64,000 bases of DNA, from contig JAVZNC010000003.1 in the NCBI GenBank assembly GCA_038882955.1, positions 32,001 through 96,000 of the forward strand, read 5' to 3'. Source of the stretch: Candidatus Bathyarchaeia archaeon. Its GTDB lineage: Archaea; Thermoproteota; Bathyarchaeia; Bathyarchaeales; Bathycorpusculaceae. Shown here one piece after another: positions 1-10,435 of the stretch (position 1 is the stretch's first letter; every line of letters begins with the position of its first letter). The notes below the pieces were generated by a model. That model was not told where the DNA came from. It saw only the letters and a list, made by a program, of their open reading frames with translations, and did not search any database. The position numbers and the translations under genes are program-made.

Positions 1-117
1 AGCCCTTTTTAGCAGCGTTCCACACTTCGTGCAGAAGTGACTCCTCTGATATTCTTCAATCGAGTATTTTTCGCCGCACCTTCGACAGATGAATATCGCT
101 TCGACCATGACAATCAT
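1..117 (-). CDS. 5' end of a gene running off the window edge; N-terminal zinc ribbon
   Basis: Manual translation from ATG at 117 (or 108): MIVMVEAIFICRRCGEKYSIEEYQRSHFCTKCGTLLKRA..., with two CxxC motifs and an open frame to position 1. Not in the ORF track. Confidence 0.65.
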   Translation of the reverse strand, partial: MIVMVEAIFICRRCGEKYSIEEYQRSHFCTKCGTLLKRA

Positions 118-171
118 TCTTTGCCTTTGCACTTAAACGAGAAAAGAGAAGATGAAGCGGCATTTAAATTG

Positions 172-597
172 TTACTGTCCTTTTATTTCGCTGACAAACT
201 GCTCGTAAACCTTCTGTACACGCTCCGCGGCTGGACCAGAACCCTCCACAACGCCTTTTTCTGTTACTTTAACCTTGTCCATAACCCAGATGAACCCCTT
301 ATCTTCATAAAGCTTAACCATTGTTGGAAAAACCTTTTCAAGACGATCAGCCAAAGCGCGTAGATCAAATGGCTTTTCTACGCTTAGTATTTGGGCAACC
401 ACGCTTCCGTTTAGGAAAACTCTGTGCAGAACTTTTCCCTCTTCATCTTTCGCTTCAGCCAAGACAAGGCTCAAGTTATCGGGGTTAATCCCTATCAAAG
501 TTCCATTGTAAGTCTTGCCAGTTGTTGTTGAAACAATTACCGTCCTATCCACAAGTGCCGCTACTTCCGTGAAGAACTTTCTCTGCGCCACAGACAA
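172..597 (-). CDS. Lsm/Sm-like RNA-binding protein with C-terminal extension (SmAP3 type)
   Basis: Sm1 motif (VIVSTTTGKTYNGTLIGIN..LSLVL), Sm2 motif (VFLNGSVV) and an extra C-terminal domain. AGGAGG RBS precedes the TTG start. Confidence 0.88.
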   Translation of the reverse strand: MSVAQRKFFTEVAALVDRTVIVSTTTGKTYNGTLIGINPDNLSLVLAEAKDEEGKVLHRVFLNGSVVAQILSVEKPFDLRALADRLEKVFPTMVKLYEDKGFIWVMDKVKVTEKGVVEGSGPAAERVQKVYEQFVSEIKGQ

Positions 598-665
598 TAC
601 TTTAACCTCCTTTACACTACGAAATTGCTGAACAACTATTTAGAATTTAACAAATAAACAATGCG

Positions 666-1940
666 TTAGACTGGTCTTCTTTCAACATCTTGCTTTGCAA
701 GCGCAATAGTGTTTGAGGGCAAATCCCTACTAACTGTCAAGTTTGGACCAACCCAAGTGTTTACGCCCACTTTCACGCCGGGCATGAAAAGTGCGTTTAT
801 TCCAGTCTTAACGTTGTCGCCTAAAATTGCCCCAAGCTTCCTTCGCCCAGTATCAACAACCTCTCCCTTAACCATCATTTTAACGGTTTCTCCGTCAAGC
901 CTATAATTCGCCGTTATTGTGCCAGCGCCCAAATTGCAGTTCTCACCAATTATACTATCCCCAACATAAGATAAGTGACCGATGTGCACGCCATCCATTA
1001 TAATACTGTTTTTTATTTCGCAAGCATTCCCTACACGAACACTTTTACCGATACTCGTGTAGGGGCGAACGTAACAGTTAGGCCCTACGTCGCTTCTCTC
1101 ATCGATAAAAGCTGGACCCTCAATGTATGCACCTGAGCGTACACGTGCACTTTCAGCTACTGTTACTGGGCCTATAAGATGCGCGCCTTCTTCAATGTTT
1201 CCCAAAACCTTGTGTTTCATACGCGTTAAAGCCCAACAGTTCGCTTCAAGCAGGTCCCAAGGTCTTCCTATGTCCATCCATTCTTCCTTTTGAATTTTTG
1301 CCCCAAGCACGTTCTTTTTTTCTTTAAGCAAAAGCGAGATTGCGTCTGTTATTTCCCACTCGCCCCTAACAGAGGCTGACGTTTCCCTTACCTTTTCAAA
1401 GATTTCGGTTGAAAATACGTATATTCCAGCATTAGCCAAATCTGTCGATACTTCGCCTCTTTTTGGCTTTTCAATGAGCTTCTTCACTTTGCCTTCATCA
1501 TCTAGCTCTACCATGCCATAGTTTTCGGGGCTTTCAACTGGAACAACGGCCATCACAGCAGAAACCCTTTCCTTCTCATATGCATTAAGAACTTTGCTTA
1601 TGGCTTTTTTGGAGAAGAGCAAATCGCCATAAACTAGTAGAAAATCCTCTTCCACGTACGGTTCAGCGACGCTTACCGCGTTACCAGTTCCAAGCACCGC
1701 CTTTTGTTCTGCATATTCAATTTTTAATCCAAAATTTTTTCCGTCGCCAAAGTATTCGCGGATAACATTTCCCATATAATGGGTGACAATTAAAACTTCG
1801 TTTATTCCAGAAGCTTTAACAGCATTTAAGCAATGTTCGAGTAGTGGTTTTCCGCCAACCTTTATCATGTGTTTCGGTCTTGTCAATGTTATTGGCTGAA
1901 GTCTAACACCTTCTCCAGCGGCTAGAACAACTGCCTTCAT
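666..1940 (-). CDS. glmU: Bifunctional sugar-1-phosphate nucleotidylyltransferase/acetyltransferase (archaeal GlmU)
   Basis: LAAGEGVRLQPITLTRPK nucleotidyltransferase motif plus C-terminal hexapeptide repeats (HLSYVGDSIIG); 4-bp overlap with glmM. Confidence 0.9.
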   Translation of the reverse strand: MKAVVLAAGEGVRLQPITLTRPKHMIKVGGKPLLEHCLNAVKASGINEVLIVTHYMGNVIREYFGDGKNFGLKIEYAEQKAVLGTGNAVSVAEPYVEEDFLLVYGDLLFSKKAISKVLNAYEKERVSAVMAVVPVESPENYGMVELDDEGKVKKLIEKPKRGEVSTDLANAGIYVFSTEIFEKVRETSASVRGEWEITDAISLLLKEKKNVLGAKIQKEEWMDIGRPWDLLEANCWALTRMKHKVLGNIEEGAHLIGPVTVAESARVRSGAYIEGPAFIDERSDVGPNCYVRPYTSIGKSVRVGNACEIKNSIIMDGVHIGHLSYVGDSIIGENCNLGAGTITANYRLDGETVKMMVKGEVVDTGRRKLGAILGDNVKTGINALFMPGVKVGVNTWVGPNLTVSRDLPSNTIALAKQDVERRPV

Positions 1941-3313
1941 TTCCTCATCCCAGCAATTAACTTCTTAATGGCTACGACGCCCCTCTTCATTATCTCCTTT
2001 GTATGCTTTAACGATTTACCCTCCACAGTCAACCTTATGAGGGGTTCGGTGCCGGAAGCCCTAACCAAAATCCATCCTTCAGGAAGAGTTAGGCGGACAC
2101 CATCAACTGTGGATAATTCCCTGCACTCTGGAAATGCTGTCTTTAAATGCTTAATTGCTTTTGCAACAACTGCATATTTCACTTCGTTTTTACAGGCAAC
2201 ATTTTCTCTGGCAACAGCGTATTTTGGCACTTTAGCAACAAAATCCGATAAGTTCTTGTTTGAATCTTCCAAAGCCTTCAGAAGCAGCGCAGAAGACAAA
2301 ATCCCATCTGGACAGTAATGAAATTCCGGGTGTATCCATGCCCCGCATGGCTCCCCACCAAAAACAGCCTTATATCGCTTTATTGCCTCCGCGATGTATA
2401 TGTCGCCAACCCTTGTCCTAACAACCCTTCCACCAGCCGCCTGAACCACATCATCAAAGCACATTGAAGCCTCAACGTTAGTTACAACAGCACCGCCACC
2501 ATTTTTCTTCACAACATACGCGGCATAAGCTGCCAAAACACGGTCAAAATCCACAAAATAACCCTTCTCGTCAACAAAGGCCACCCTATCACCATCACCA
2601 TCATAGGCTATGCCAAAATCCGCCTTTAATTCGCGGACAATGTTTGCAAAAGGCTTTAGGGATTCGGCGTCCGGCTCTGGGCTTCTCGCTGGGAAGAACC
2701 CGTCTGGCTGCGCGTTTATCGCAGTTACCTTACAGCCTAAAACCTTAAAGAATGCTGGTGCGAGACTGTATGTTGCTCCGCATCCAGCATCAACAACCGC
2801 ATGCCACTTCCTTCGTAGTTTTATAGCTCTACATAACGCTTCCATGTAACTTTTGCTTTCGTCAATGTCCACGATTTTGCCAATTTTTTGCCAATCAGCA
2901 AAGTTGAAACTTTCTTTTCTAATTAGCTTTTCAATCTCGTCTTGTTTCTTTTCGGCGTATGCGGCGCTGTCCTTATCGAAGATTTTTATGCCATTATATT
3001 GGGGCGGGTTATGCGACGCTGTTATCATAACTCCAACATCAGCCTTCAACTTCGCTGTCAGATAGGCTAGCGCTGGGGTTGGCAAAACACCCAAGCGGTA
3101 GGCATTTGCGCCTCCAGCCGAAATTCCAGAAACCATCGCATTTTCAAGCATAACCCCAGAAACTCTCGTGTCTCTTGCCACAAGCACTTTTCTTGCTTTG
3201 CTAAATGTTGCAATTGCCAAGCCAACTTTGACCGCCAGCGTCGGCGTTAGATCAGCGTTGGCTATTCCTCGGATTCCAGAACTGCCGAACAACTTCGCCT
3301 CCACAGTTTTCAC
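1937..3313 (-). CDS. glmM: Phosphoglucosamine mutase (alpha-D-phosphohexomutase family)
   Basis: LFGSSGIRG, ITASHNPPQYNGIK phosphoserine loop, DGDGDR metal site, VRASGTEP. Confidence 0.88.
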   Translation of the reverse strand: MKTVEAKLFGSSGIRGIANADLTPTLAVKVGLAIATFSKARKVLVARDTRVSGVMLENAMVSGISAGGANAYRLGVLPTPALAYLTAKLKADVGVMITASHNPPQYNGIKIFDKDSAAYAEKKQDEIEKLIRKESFNFADWQKIGKIVDIDESKSYMEALCRAIKLRRKWHAVVDAGCGATYSLAPAFFKVLGCKVTAINAQPDGFFPARSPEPDAESLKPFANIVRELKADFGIAYDGDGDRVAFVDEKGYFVDFDRVLAAYAAYVVKKNGGGAVVTNVEASMCFDDVVQAAGGRVVRTRVGDIYIAEAIKRYKAVFGGEPCGAWIHPEFHYCPDGILSSALLLKALEDSNKNLSDFVAKVPKYAVARENVACKNEVKYAVVAKAIKHLKTAFPECRELSTVDGVRLTLPEGWILVRASGTEPLIRLTVEGKSLKHTKEIMKRGVVAIKKLIAGMRK

Positions 3314-3356
3314 CTAAACAGCTCTTTATGGTTAAAATTGGAATTTCCTTAAATAG

Positions 3357-4475
3357 TTATGCAGTGAAACCGCAGTTAACACTCTTTTTGAATTTTTCAC
3401 AGAACCTCAAAAGCTGCTTCCTCGTCGGGTGTCTTCCATCAACGTTTGAAATGTAGTACGCAGCAACAGCATTAGCCAACGTCAACCGAGCTTCATCTGA
3501 AAGGTTAGAGGCGTAACCCAAAATGTTACCTGCATTCCAAGCGTCACCAGCACCCGTAGCCCTTAAAACTTTAACCTTGAAGGCTGGAACGGCAACCATT
3601 TCCTTATTCGCAAACGTGGCTGAAAATAGCGTGGTGTGCAAGTTCACCTTAGCCGAAATCTTTGACGCCAAAATTTTCGCGGATTTTCTGGCTAGCTCTT
3701 CGATTGCCAAACGCCTTTTTGCGCTTTTCACTAGTTCGCTGGCTACTTGCTCTGCATAACAAATCGCCTCATTCTCGTTGACACTTAATATGTCCAAGTC
3801 TCTGCTTTGCAAGACCCTTTTTACAAGTTGTGGAATCTTCTCCCTGTTTGGTGTTGGATCTGCAGTGTCATAGTAGGTTTTGCCCTTGCCACGTTTCTTA
3901 ACATAGCGGAAAATTTTTTCTGCAAGTTCTGTTCCAAAGCGTCTAGTTCCCGCCCAGTTGAAAACGCACACGTAGTCTGCTTCTTTAATTGCATTAAAAT
4001 CCTCTTCGTCTAATTGTTGTGGACTGAAATCGGCTAGCGATCCCAAATCCCTAATCATAATATTGGCTTTGCCTCTTTCAGTCTTAAATTCAAGGGCCGT
4101 TGTCATTGATGGTTTTTCGCATATTTTTATGTGTGACAAGTCAACGTTAAGCCGCTTGAAGTGGAATTTTAGAAGGAATGCTCCAAGCTTGCTTGTACAA
4201 ATTATTGGTGTAACCCGCGCGCCTAGGCTTGCTAGGGCTGATGCCGTGTTTGCGGCGTTTCCGCCTCTAAACTCCGCTTGTCCAATGTTGTCTATGCTCC
4301 CGCCCTTCCTCTTCATAACAGCCTCAACTTCTATCGAAAACTCTTTCAAGTCTTGTTCTAGGTAGATTAGGCGGTCTAGGAAAAAGTCTGGCATAACAAC
4401 CACGTTTAGCCCGTTGAAGTCTTTTTTAAGGCATTCCACAACTTCTTCAATGGCTTCAGCGCGCATTTCGCTCAC
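3357..4475 (-). CDS. PfkB family carbohydrate kinase
   Basis: GGNAANTASALASLG and TGAGDAWNAG PfkB signatures. Confidence 0.85.
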   Translation of the reverse strand: MSEMRAEAIEEVVECLKKDFNGLNVVVMPDFFLDRLIYLEQDLKEFSIEVEAVMKRKGGSIDNIGQAEFRGGNAANTASALASLGARVTPIICTSKLGAFLLKFHFKRLNVDLSHIKICEKPSMTTALEFKTERGKANIMIRDLGSLADFSPQQLDEEDFNAIKEADYVCVFNWAGTRRFGTELAEKIFRYVKKRGKGKTYYDTADPTPNREKIPQLVKRVLQSRDLDILSVNENEAICYAEQVASELVKSAKRRLAIEELARKSAKILASKISAKVNLHTTLFSATFANKEMVAVPAFKVKVLRATGAGDAWNAGNILGYASNLSDEARLTLANAVAAYYISNVDGRHPTRKQLLRFCEKFKKSVNCGFTA

Positions 4476-4559
4476 TGCTAGTGATAATGGATGCTAAGCG
4501 TAAATAACGCTTATTAGAAAAATAACGAGATATGCGTATTTCACCGGCATATCACAAAA

Positions 4560-5312
4560 ATGTTTATTGAGAGGAAAACCTTGCTGTCCAAAAGAGTGTT
4601 CCTAACAGCCTTCGTAGTTATCGGGTTTGCAATGAAAATCCTAGCAGAGTTTGTGCACGAAGTTCTTGGGCATTCCCTTTTCGTCGTACTATTTGGTGGC
4701 GAAATAACAAACTTGTACATAAGCATTTTATGGCCATACGAGTTCTCCTATGTTTTCTGGAACTTGCCAAATGCTACACCAATGCAACTTTCGTGGATTT
4801 TTGCAAGTGGAATAATTGTCTGTTTAATTGTTTCTTTTTTGATTCAACCCTTCCTAATACTTAAAGGAAGAGTTTGGTTTCATTTTGAAATTGCGCTTTT
4901 CTGGCTTGCTTTCTGGACTCTTTTGAATTCTTCTGGTTATCTTCTGATTGGCGGCTTGACGCCGTTCGGCGATGTAAGGGAGCTTATTGAAATGGGAGTT
5001 TTGTCGGGCATTTCCTCTGCACTTTTCGGGCTTGTAGTTTTTGCCATTGGTTTTGCACTGTTGTCTGCAGTTCTTCGCAGGATATTGTTTGAGGTTTTTT
5101 CTGTGGAGAGGGTGAAGCTGGGTGTTGCTGTTTTTTGGCTTATAATCCCATTTTTGGTTGCTATTATGACTTTTAGTCCCGAGAGAAATCTGAATTTTGC
5201 TTATTTGCCTTTGGCTTTCATTCCAGCTTTAACATCATTTCTTATGGAACGTTTCATTTTCGCCTCAAAGAACAAAGTCGATGCATGTCCAGATTATGTC
5301 GCCGACAAATAA
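4560..5312 (+). CDS. Polytopic membrane protein, possible M50-like zinc peptidase
   Basis: HEVLGH motif in the first TM region, several hydrophobic helices, downstream FGD. Confidence 0.55.
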   Translation: MFIERKTLLSKRVFLTAFVVIGFAMKILAEFVHEVLGHSLFVVLFGGEITNLYISILWPYEFSYVFWNLPNATPMQLSWIFASGIIVCLIVSFLIQPFLILKGRVWFHFEIALFWLAFWTLLNSSGYLLIGGLTPFGDVRELIEMGVLSGISSALFGLVVFAIGFALLSAVLRRILFEVFSVERVKLGVAVFWLIIPFLVAIMTFSPERNLNFAYLPLAFIPALTSFLMERFIFASKNKVDACPDYVADK

Positions 5313-6074
5313 GCCTATTATCAAGCCGGCTGTGATGAAAATTAACATTGGCAATCCTGGCGTGGCCCAAACAGTGCTTTGAATTTTTCCAGAATTGGCG
5401 GCTCTTTCTAGTCTTTCTATTATGGCGTTTCTTTCTTCATCCTTTGGTATTACCACGAGTTTTCGCTTAAAACCTTCAGCGTTTTCTTCGATGTCTTCCA
5501 TTGGATATAGGTGCCATTTTTCCTTGAGTTTTTGGATTGGCATTTTGTAACTTGTTATTAGGATGAGGATTTTCTTTCCGGTGGATTCGCCTTTAAACTC
5601 TTCGAAGAGTTCTTTGCCGCTTTTTTTGTGCCATGCAATGTTGTAGAGGAGTATATAGATTGCTGTGGCTGCCGCTAACAGAACCGAGTTGCTGAAAACG
5701 GTTAGTGGGAAAAAGGTTCGCGCAATCGGCGAGATTTCCTTAAAAAGTGGTGTAAAAATGTTTTCTGGGTAGAATGGTAGCGCAAGCGCTAGGCACATGA
5801 GAGCTTTTGCATCTGCGCCTCCAAAACCTCCAGCGTAAAAGAGTATTATGGCGAGGGCTGCTGTTAAGCCAAATGATAAACCGTAAAATTGTAGTGCTTG
5901 AAGATTCTTATAAATAATTAGTTCGGTGATGGTTAACGCGAATGCTAGCGGCGCATATAACATCCAGACAGTGTTGCTTACTTCCCGTGTTTTGTAGTCG
6001 CTCCATGAGGCATAGAATAGGAAAAGTAAGCTTATTGTTGTTCTTGCTAGGATGAGCAATACTTGAGCTTGCAC
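5265..6074 (-). CDS. pibD: Prepilin/prearchaellin peptidase (A24, PibD/FlaK-like)
   Basis: ASWSDYKTREV (first catalytic Asp), FGGADAKAL (GxGD-type motif) and C-terminal VWATPGLPMLIF; adjacent to the pilin gene. Confidence 0.88.
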   Translation of the reverse strand: MQAQVLLILARTTISLLFLFYASWSDYKTREVSNTVWMLYAPLAFALTITELIIYKNLQALQFYGLSFGLTAALAIILFYAGGFGGADAKALMCLALALPFYPENIFTPLFKEISPIARTFFPLTVFSNSVLLAAATAIYILLYNIAWHKKSGKELFEEFKGESTGKKILILITSYKMPIQKLKEKWHLYPMEDIEENAEGFKRKLVVIPKDEERNAIIERLERAANSGKIQSTVWATPGLPMLIFITAGLIIGLFVGDIIWTCIDFVL

Positions 6075-6185
6075 AATGAAACACCGTCAATTATTGAGTG
6101 TGTTGACGCGATTTCCTATTTAATTGTTGATATTTAGCTCTAAAAACATTAATGACTAGTTTGAAAACAAAATAATTTTAGAATT

Positions 6186-6656
6186 TTAAGAAGCTGGCGC
6201 TTGTTCACTCCACGGAGGATCGCTTAATATGTGTCCTGTTGTGAATACCACTTTGAAGTAATATGTTGTTCCAGGTGTCCAATCATAGTTTATCGTTACC
6301 GTTTCTATTGAACCAGCGCCTACCGTTATTGGCATTGATTGAACTGGAGTTTGTTCTACCAAATTTCCTGGAGTTAGTCCGCAGTAAATTTTTGATATTT
6401 GAGTGTCTGAAGTTCCTCTGTTGCCTATGTCAATGTCTATTTTCTTTGCGCCTCCTTCTGTATAGAAGCGTACATTGGCTTTGTACGGTATTACGCCTGC
6501 TTGTTGTCCTGCGCTGCCCATGTATGTCATTATCCAAGCATATGTTACGACTATTGCTGCTACTGCGATTACTATTAGTAGTAGGGTTGCGAGTATGGGC
6601 GATATGGCCTTTTTAGACTTTAACATTTTTTGTTTTGGCATAGCGTTTTCACCCAC
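6186..6656 (-). CDS. Archaeal type IV pilin (probable major pilin)
   Basis: Class III signal peptide KKA|ISPILATLLLIVIAVAAIVVTYAW; has its own TATA-like promoter. Confidence 0.9.
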   Translation of the reverse strand: MGENAMPKQKMLKSKKAISPILATLLLIVIAVAAIVVTYAWIMTYMGSAGQQAGVIPYKANVRFYTEGGAKKIDIDIGNRGTSDTQISKIYCGLTPGNLVEQTPVQSMPITVGAGSIETVTINYDWTPGTTYYFKVVFTTGHILSDPPWSEQAPAS

Positions 6657-6732
6657 TTGCTGTTTAGGAAATCTAACGATTACTTATTTAACTTGTATGA
6701 ACTTGAAATCCAAATTCCAAATTAATTTAAGG

Positions 6733-9117
6733 CTAGTTTTCCGTGATCACAGTTATTATTGGCGGATACTCGACCAGAACCCATAAGCCGCTGCCATTGC
6801 TCTTGTATATCGGCGTGTAGCCTGCATCAAAAGTTACAACGGCGCCGTACCATGTTACGTCTAGAGCGTATGTAAAGTTAGCTATGGTTCCGAGGGATTT
6901 GGCTATGGGGAGCACTTCCATGATGCTTGTGGCTGTTACATTAATGGCGCCAGTAAAACTGCCAGTCATTCCCTCAAAAAAGTATAGCATTTCATTTGCT
7001 TTGTCTGTGAACATTACTCCAAATCCACTTGATGTTGATGCATCTGAAACTTGACTCCAATGGTGTTGCCAAGAAGTGGTTGAAGAATTATAGAACAACC
7101 CATACTCGTTTGAAATTACTGGATAACCGTTTAATGTGCCGTTTTCTGTTTGCAAACGGATGTAGTTACAGTAGATACTATAACGATAATTGTTGTGCGA
7201 AGCATCGGTCGGATTCGTTGGCGAGGAATAACTGTTGGTTGTATCACTATGTCCTTGGTCGGTAAAACCATCAGCGTAATAGAACCTAACGGTGTTGTCA
7301 GGTACTATCATCAAAACATATTCGGTGTTCGGAGACAAAACTGGAGGAGATGAAAAGGTGGCTGTCTGCCATTTAAGTGTTGTAGTCACTGAAACTGGAT
7401 TAGTTATCGCCACTATCTGCATATCAGTGTGTCTTACAATTAGACATTTGACGTTTGCTGTTCCACTACCTCTATCGGCGTAGAAGGATATGCTATTCGC
7501 GATTACAGCAGTGGATGGAGAAGTGAAAAGACTACCATACATGTAGTTTGCGCTAACACTTACATAACTTGAACTTATAGCGTTAGAGCCAAAGAATCCT
7601 GGCGCAGAAGCGGTTACATTTACTAGGCAAATGTCTCTTATACTTCTTTGCATGCTTGCCGCGTCTAGGAATATTAGGCGTTGCTGATAAGTGTAGTATG
7701 TGGCGTTAGCTGGCAATGTTAACACGATGTGTGTATAAACGTTTGGACAGTTGCTAATGCCGTTGGAATATTCCGATTCGCCGTGCACAACACTTCGAAC
7801 AGTGCCATTGTATATAGCATATGCCCACTCTGGATCAGTGGTGTCGTATCTGTCGTTTATGCGTAATAACTTTGACGTGCTTGTTGTGCTTCCTCTTGTT
7901 GCTGTAGCTTCGAAACCGCTAGATGCAAGCTGAATTGTCAATATTCCGTTGCTTAATGTTCTACTAGAAGGATTATCTCTAAAATAGCGGTTAGTGTATG
8001 CAAGTGATGTTTGTGTGACTGTGTCGCTTCCGTTCCACCATATTGTAACTTTTGTAACGTTTGGGTTTATTAGGAAAACTAGCATGTTTCTGTTGCTGAA
8101 CATGCTTGCATTGTTAGTCAAGCCTAACGGAATTTTGTAGTCTGAAGCCCAATCTTCTATTTGGAATGGCACTTCTTGGTTTACGCCGTTTATGGTTTGG
8201 TTTACACGCATTGCTTTCACTGGTATTGGCGGAATGGGTTTCGCCTGCGTTGTTAATTGCAAGTTTTGTCCAAGCCATCGCATTGTGCCGTTCTGCAGAA
8301 GCTCCACGACTATTGTTGCGTCCACAGCGTTCTTTAGCGGCTGGTAAAACGTTTCATTCCAATTTATTGTGCAAACGTAGCGACTAAATGATGAAGCTAC
8401 TACTACCAAGCCTCTGGGGTCTTGCACTTGCACGATGTAGGAGTATGGGTCTATTTCTGAAAGTGCGGGGTCGGTCATATTGATTAGGTATGTGCCATTT
8501 GCGTAAGCCTCTATGCTTGTATCGTATAGTGGACTTACTGGCATCCATGTGGAGTTTTCGTAAATATAACGGTAAAATTTGAAGTTGTCCTTTCCAAGGT
8601 TAATGACGGCCTCGCCTTCATCTTTTTTTACTACAACAGCAGCTTGATTGTTAGCTGTAACGTTTCCAATTTCCACCATTAGCCTGCATGAAGTGTCATA
8701 GCTTATTCCATGAATACCTAACCCATTTAGGCTATAGTTTACTTTTAGATACGCTTCGCTATAGCTCGAGTTTGTAAACCAATATGTTGTCATGTTTATG
8801 TTGTCTACATTGAATGAGGCGCCCCATTCTGGATGCATGTTTGCTATGTGGGCTAGGCCACTTTGGAAGTATCCTACCGCCAAATCCCTCGCGTAGGTGT
8901 TGTTTCCAGTAACCTGCAAAACCGAACCATAATAGCCAACAGTAAAGCCCAAAACCTGTTTTAGGGCAACAATTGTTTCATCAATTGCGTTTAATATGTA
9001 AGCTTCGTTTTGCACTGGACTGTTGCGAATAGACGAATAAGTCATTATGACGGTGGCTATGAGAATTACAGCCACAAACAATGCAGCAATAATCGTGAAC
9101 TGTCCCTTGTTGTTCAT
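6733..9117 (-). CDS. Large pilin-like/adhesin protein of the type IV pilus locus
   Basis: Likely start is ATG 9117 (the ORF-track start 9225 overlaps the upstream gene): MNNKG|QFTIIAALFVAVILIA class III-like signal, then a large N/S/T-rich beta region. Confidence 0.75.
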   Translation of the reverse strand: MNNKGQFTIIAALFVAVILIATVIMTYSSIRNSPVQNEAYILNAIDETIVALKQVLGFTVGYYGSVLQVTGNNTYARDLAVGYFQSGLAHIANMHPEWGASFNVDNINMTTYWFTNSSYSEAYLKVNYSLNGLGIHGISYDTSCRLMVEIGNVTANNQAAVVVKKDEGEAVINLGKDNFKFYRYIYENSTWMPVSPLYDTSIEAYANGTYLINMTDPALSEIDPYSYIVQVQDPRGLVVVASSFSRYVCTINWNETFYQPLKNAVDATIVVELLQNGTMRWLGQNLQLTTQAKPIPPIPVKAMRVNQTINGVNQEVPFQIEDWASDYKIPLGLTNNASMFSNRNMLVFLINPNVTKVTIWWNGSDTVTQTSLAYTNRYFRDNPSSRTLSNGILTIQLASSGFEATATRGSTTSTSKLLRINDRYDTTDPEWAYAIYNGTVRSVVHGESEYSNGISNCPNVYTHIVLTLPANATYYTYQQRLIFLDAASMQRSIRDICLVNVTASAPGFFGSNAISSSYVSVSANYMYGSLFTSPSTAVIANSISFYADRGSGTANVKCLIVRHTDMQIVAITNPVSVTTTLKWQTATFSSPPVLSPNTEYVLMIVPDNTVRFYYADGFTDQGHSDTTNSYSSPTNPTDASHNNYRYSIYCNYIRLQTENGTLNGYPVISNEYGLFYNSSTTSWQHHWSQVSDASTSSGFGVMFTDKANEMLYFFEGMTGSFTGAINVTATSIMEVLPIAKSLGTIANFTYALDVTWYGAVVTFDAGYTPIYKSNGSGLWVLVEYPPIITVITEN

Positions 9118-9118
9118 G

Positions 9119-10432
9119 TTAGATTCCTCCAGTTTGTCCAAGCTGCAAAACAACAAGCCTAGTGGCATCAGCAGCCGTATACTGCAAAGGATAAAGCCTA
9201 GGCTTATAATACGAAAGAAGCCCAAGCGCAGTCAATCGTATATCGGGAGTTCTCGTTAAACCTAAAGCGAGAAGCGAACCTTCAATTCTTGTGCCATTCC
9301 AATAGTTGTATAAAGCACCAGGGTAACATTCCTCTTTTTCATTGAATATAAGTAATCCAACCTTTAAGTTAGGGTAGGCGCTTATCTTAATCTTTTGTAT
9401 TGCCCTCGTAGACGTTTGATCAGGAGAAGGATATATTCCGTAATAATTGCAGTTATCTAAAACTTGTGATGAAAGACTGACTGTACCAACATTTCTGTAA
9501 ATATTACTAGTGTCGCTTGGATCATAGCTTGCATTGGTTAATCCTTGAAGGAATGCATACATTCCTCGCTGTGCAACCATTATCATCCCGAAAATGCCCC
9601 AATCATTTTGGCTATTGTTAAGGCTTATTGTGTTTGTAACGTAATAGAAGGGATAACCTACGATGCTCGCCCAAGTCCAATTGTAACGGCGAACTTGTTG
9701 CCCCAAGAAATAACAATAGTAAGCATAGCTATTGGTAGAATATGGTGTTGTGCAATACGCTGTTGGTATTGGTACTGCTTCTCCGAAGGTGTTTATGACT
9801 ACTGCGTTTTGTACTGTTTCGTTTTGGATTGGTGTTCCATTCAGTATTTTTGCGAGGTCTGTTGTGTTCTGCACCATTATTGTTGTTTTGAAGTATGGTG
9901 ATAGTAGGTTGTAGAGGTCTTGTGCTAGACTGTGCGCCGTATAGCCCGTAATCCACCATCCTCGGGCGTCGCTACAATTCAATATATAAAGTGTTCCTCC
10001 TCCGCCTCCACTTTCCCCAATCTTTTCTGGAATAAACTTAAAAGTAACATTCGACGAAGCAACAAGATACGAGGATGCGTCTGAACCTATACCCAAACTT
10101 TCAGCATTCGAAATCGACTTTTTAAGCGAATAAAGCTGGGTTCCGCTATCCGTCATAATCGCGTAGACTGTCAAATTATAAACTATGTTGGGAGGCAAAC
10201 ACGCAGAAAGCGCGATTTGAAGTTCGCCCCAAGCTGTGTCGTTTTCATCTAGGAAGACTATTCTGCTTAAATCATAGTTGACGTCCAAAATTTCAAGGGT
10301 TGTGGCAGCAAGCATTCTGAGGTTTTGCGGCGAAACCCGTCTTGGTACTGGAAGAACAGCGAAGAAAGAGGAAATCGTGAATGCTCCAGCAATAATAATT
10401 ATTACCAGCAGAACTTCAACCGTGCGCATCAT
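9119..10432 (-). CDS. Pilin-like accessory protein
   Basis: N-terminal MRTVEVLLVIIIIAGAF hydrophobic helix, followed by an extracellular domain with many N-x-S/T sequons; in the pilus operon. Confidence 0.7.
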   Translation of the reverse strand: MMRTVEVLLVIIIIAGAFTISSFFAVLPVPRRVSPQNLRMLAATTLEILDVNYDLSRIVFLDENDTAWGELQIALSACLPPNIVYNLTVYAIMTDSGTQLYSLKKSISNAESLGIGSDASSYLVASSNVTFKFIPEKIGESGGGGGTLYILNCSDARGWWITGYTAHSLAQDLYNLLSPYFKTTIMVQNTTDLAKILNGTPIQNETVQNAVVINTFGEAVPIPTAYCTTPYSTNSYAYYCYFLGQQVRRYNWTWASIVGYPFYYVTNTISLNNSQNDWGIFGMIMVAQRGMYAFLQGLTNASYDPSDTSNIYRNVGTVSLSSQVLDNCNYYGIYPSPDQTSTRAIQKIKISAYPNLKVGLLIFNEKEECYPGALYNYWNGTRIEGSLLALGLTRTPDIRLTALGLLSYYKPRLYPLQYTAADATRLVVLQLGQTGGI

Positions 10433-10435
10433 TGC

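Noticed and set aside
9118-9225. Extended N-terminus of the 830-aa ORF
   Set aside because: It overlaps the upstream gene by about 100 bp. ATG 9117 gives a proper class III signal directly after that gene's stop.
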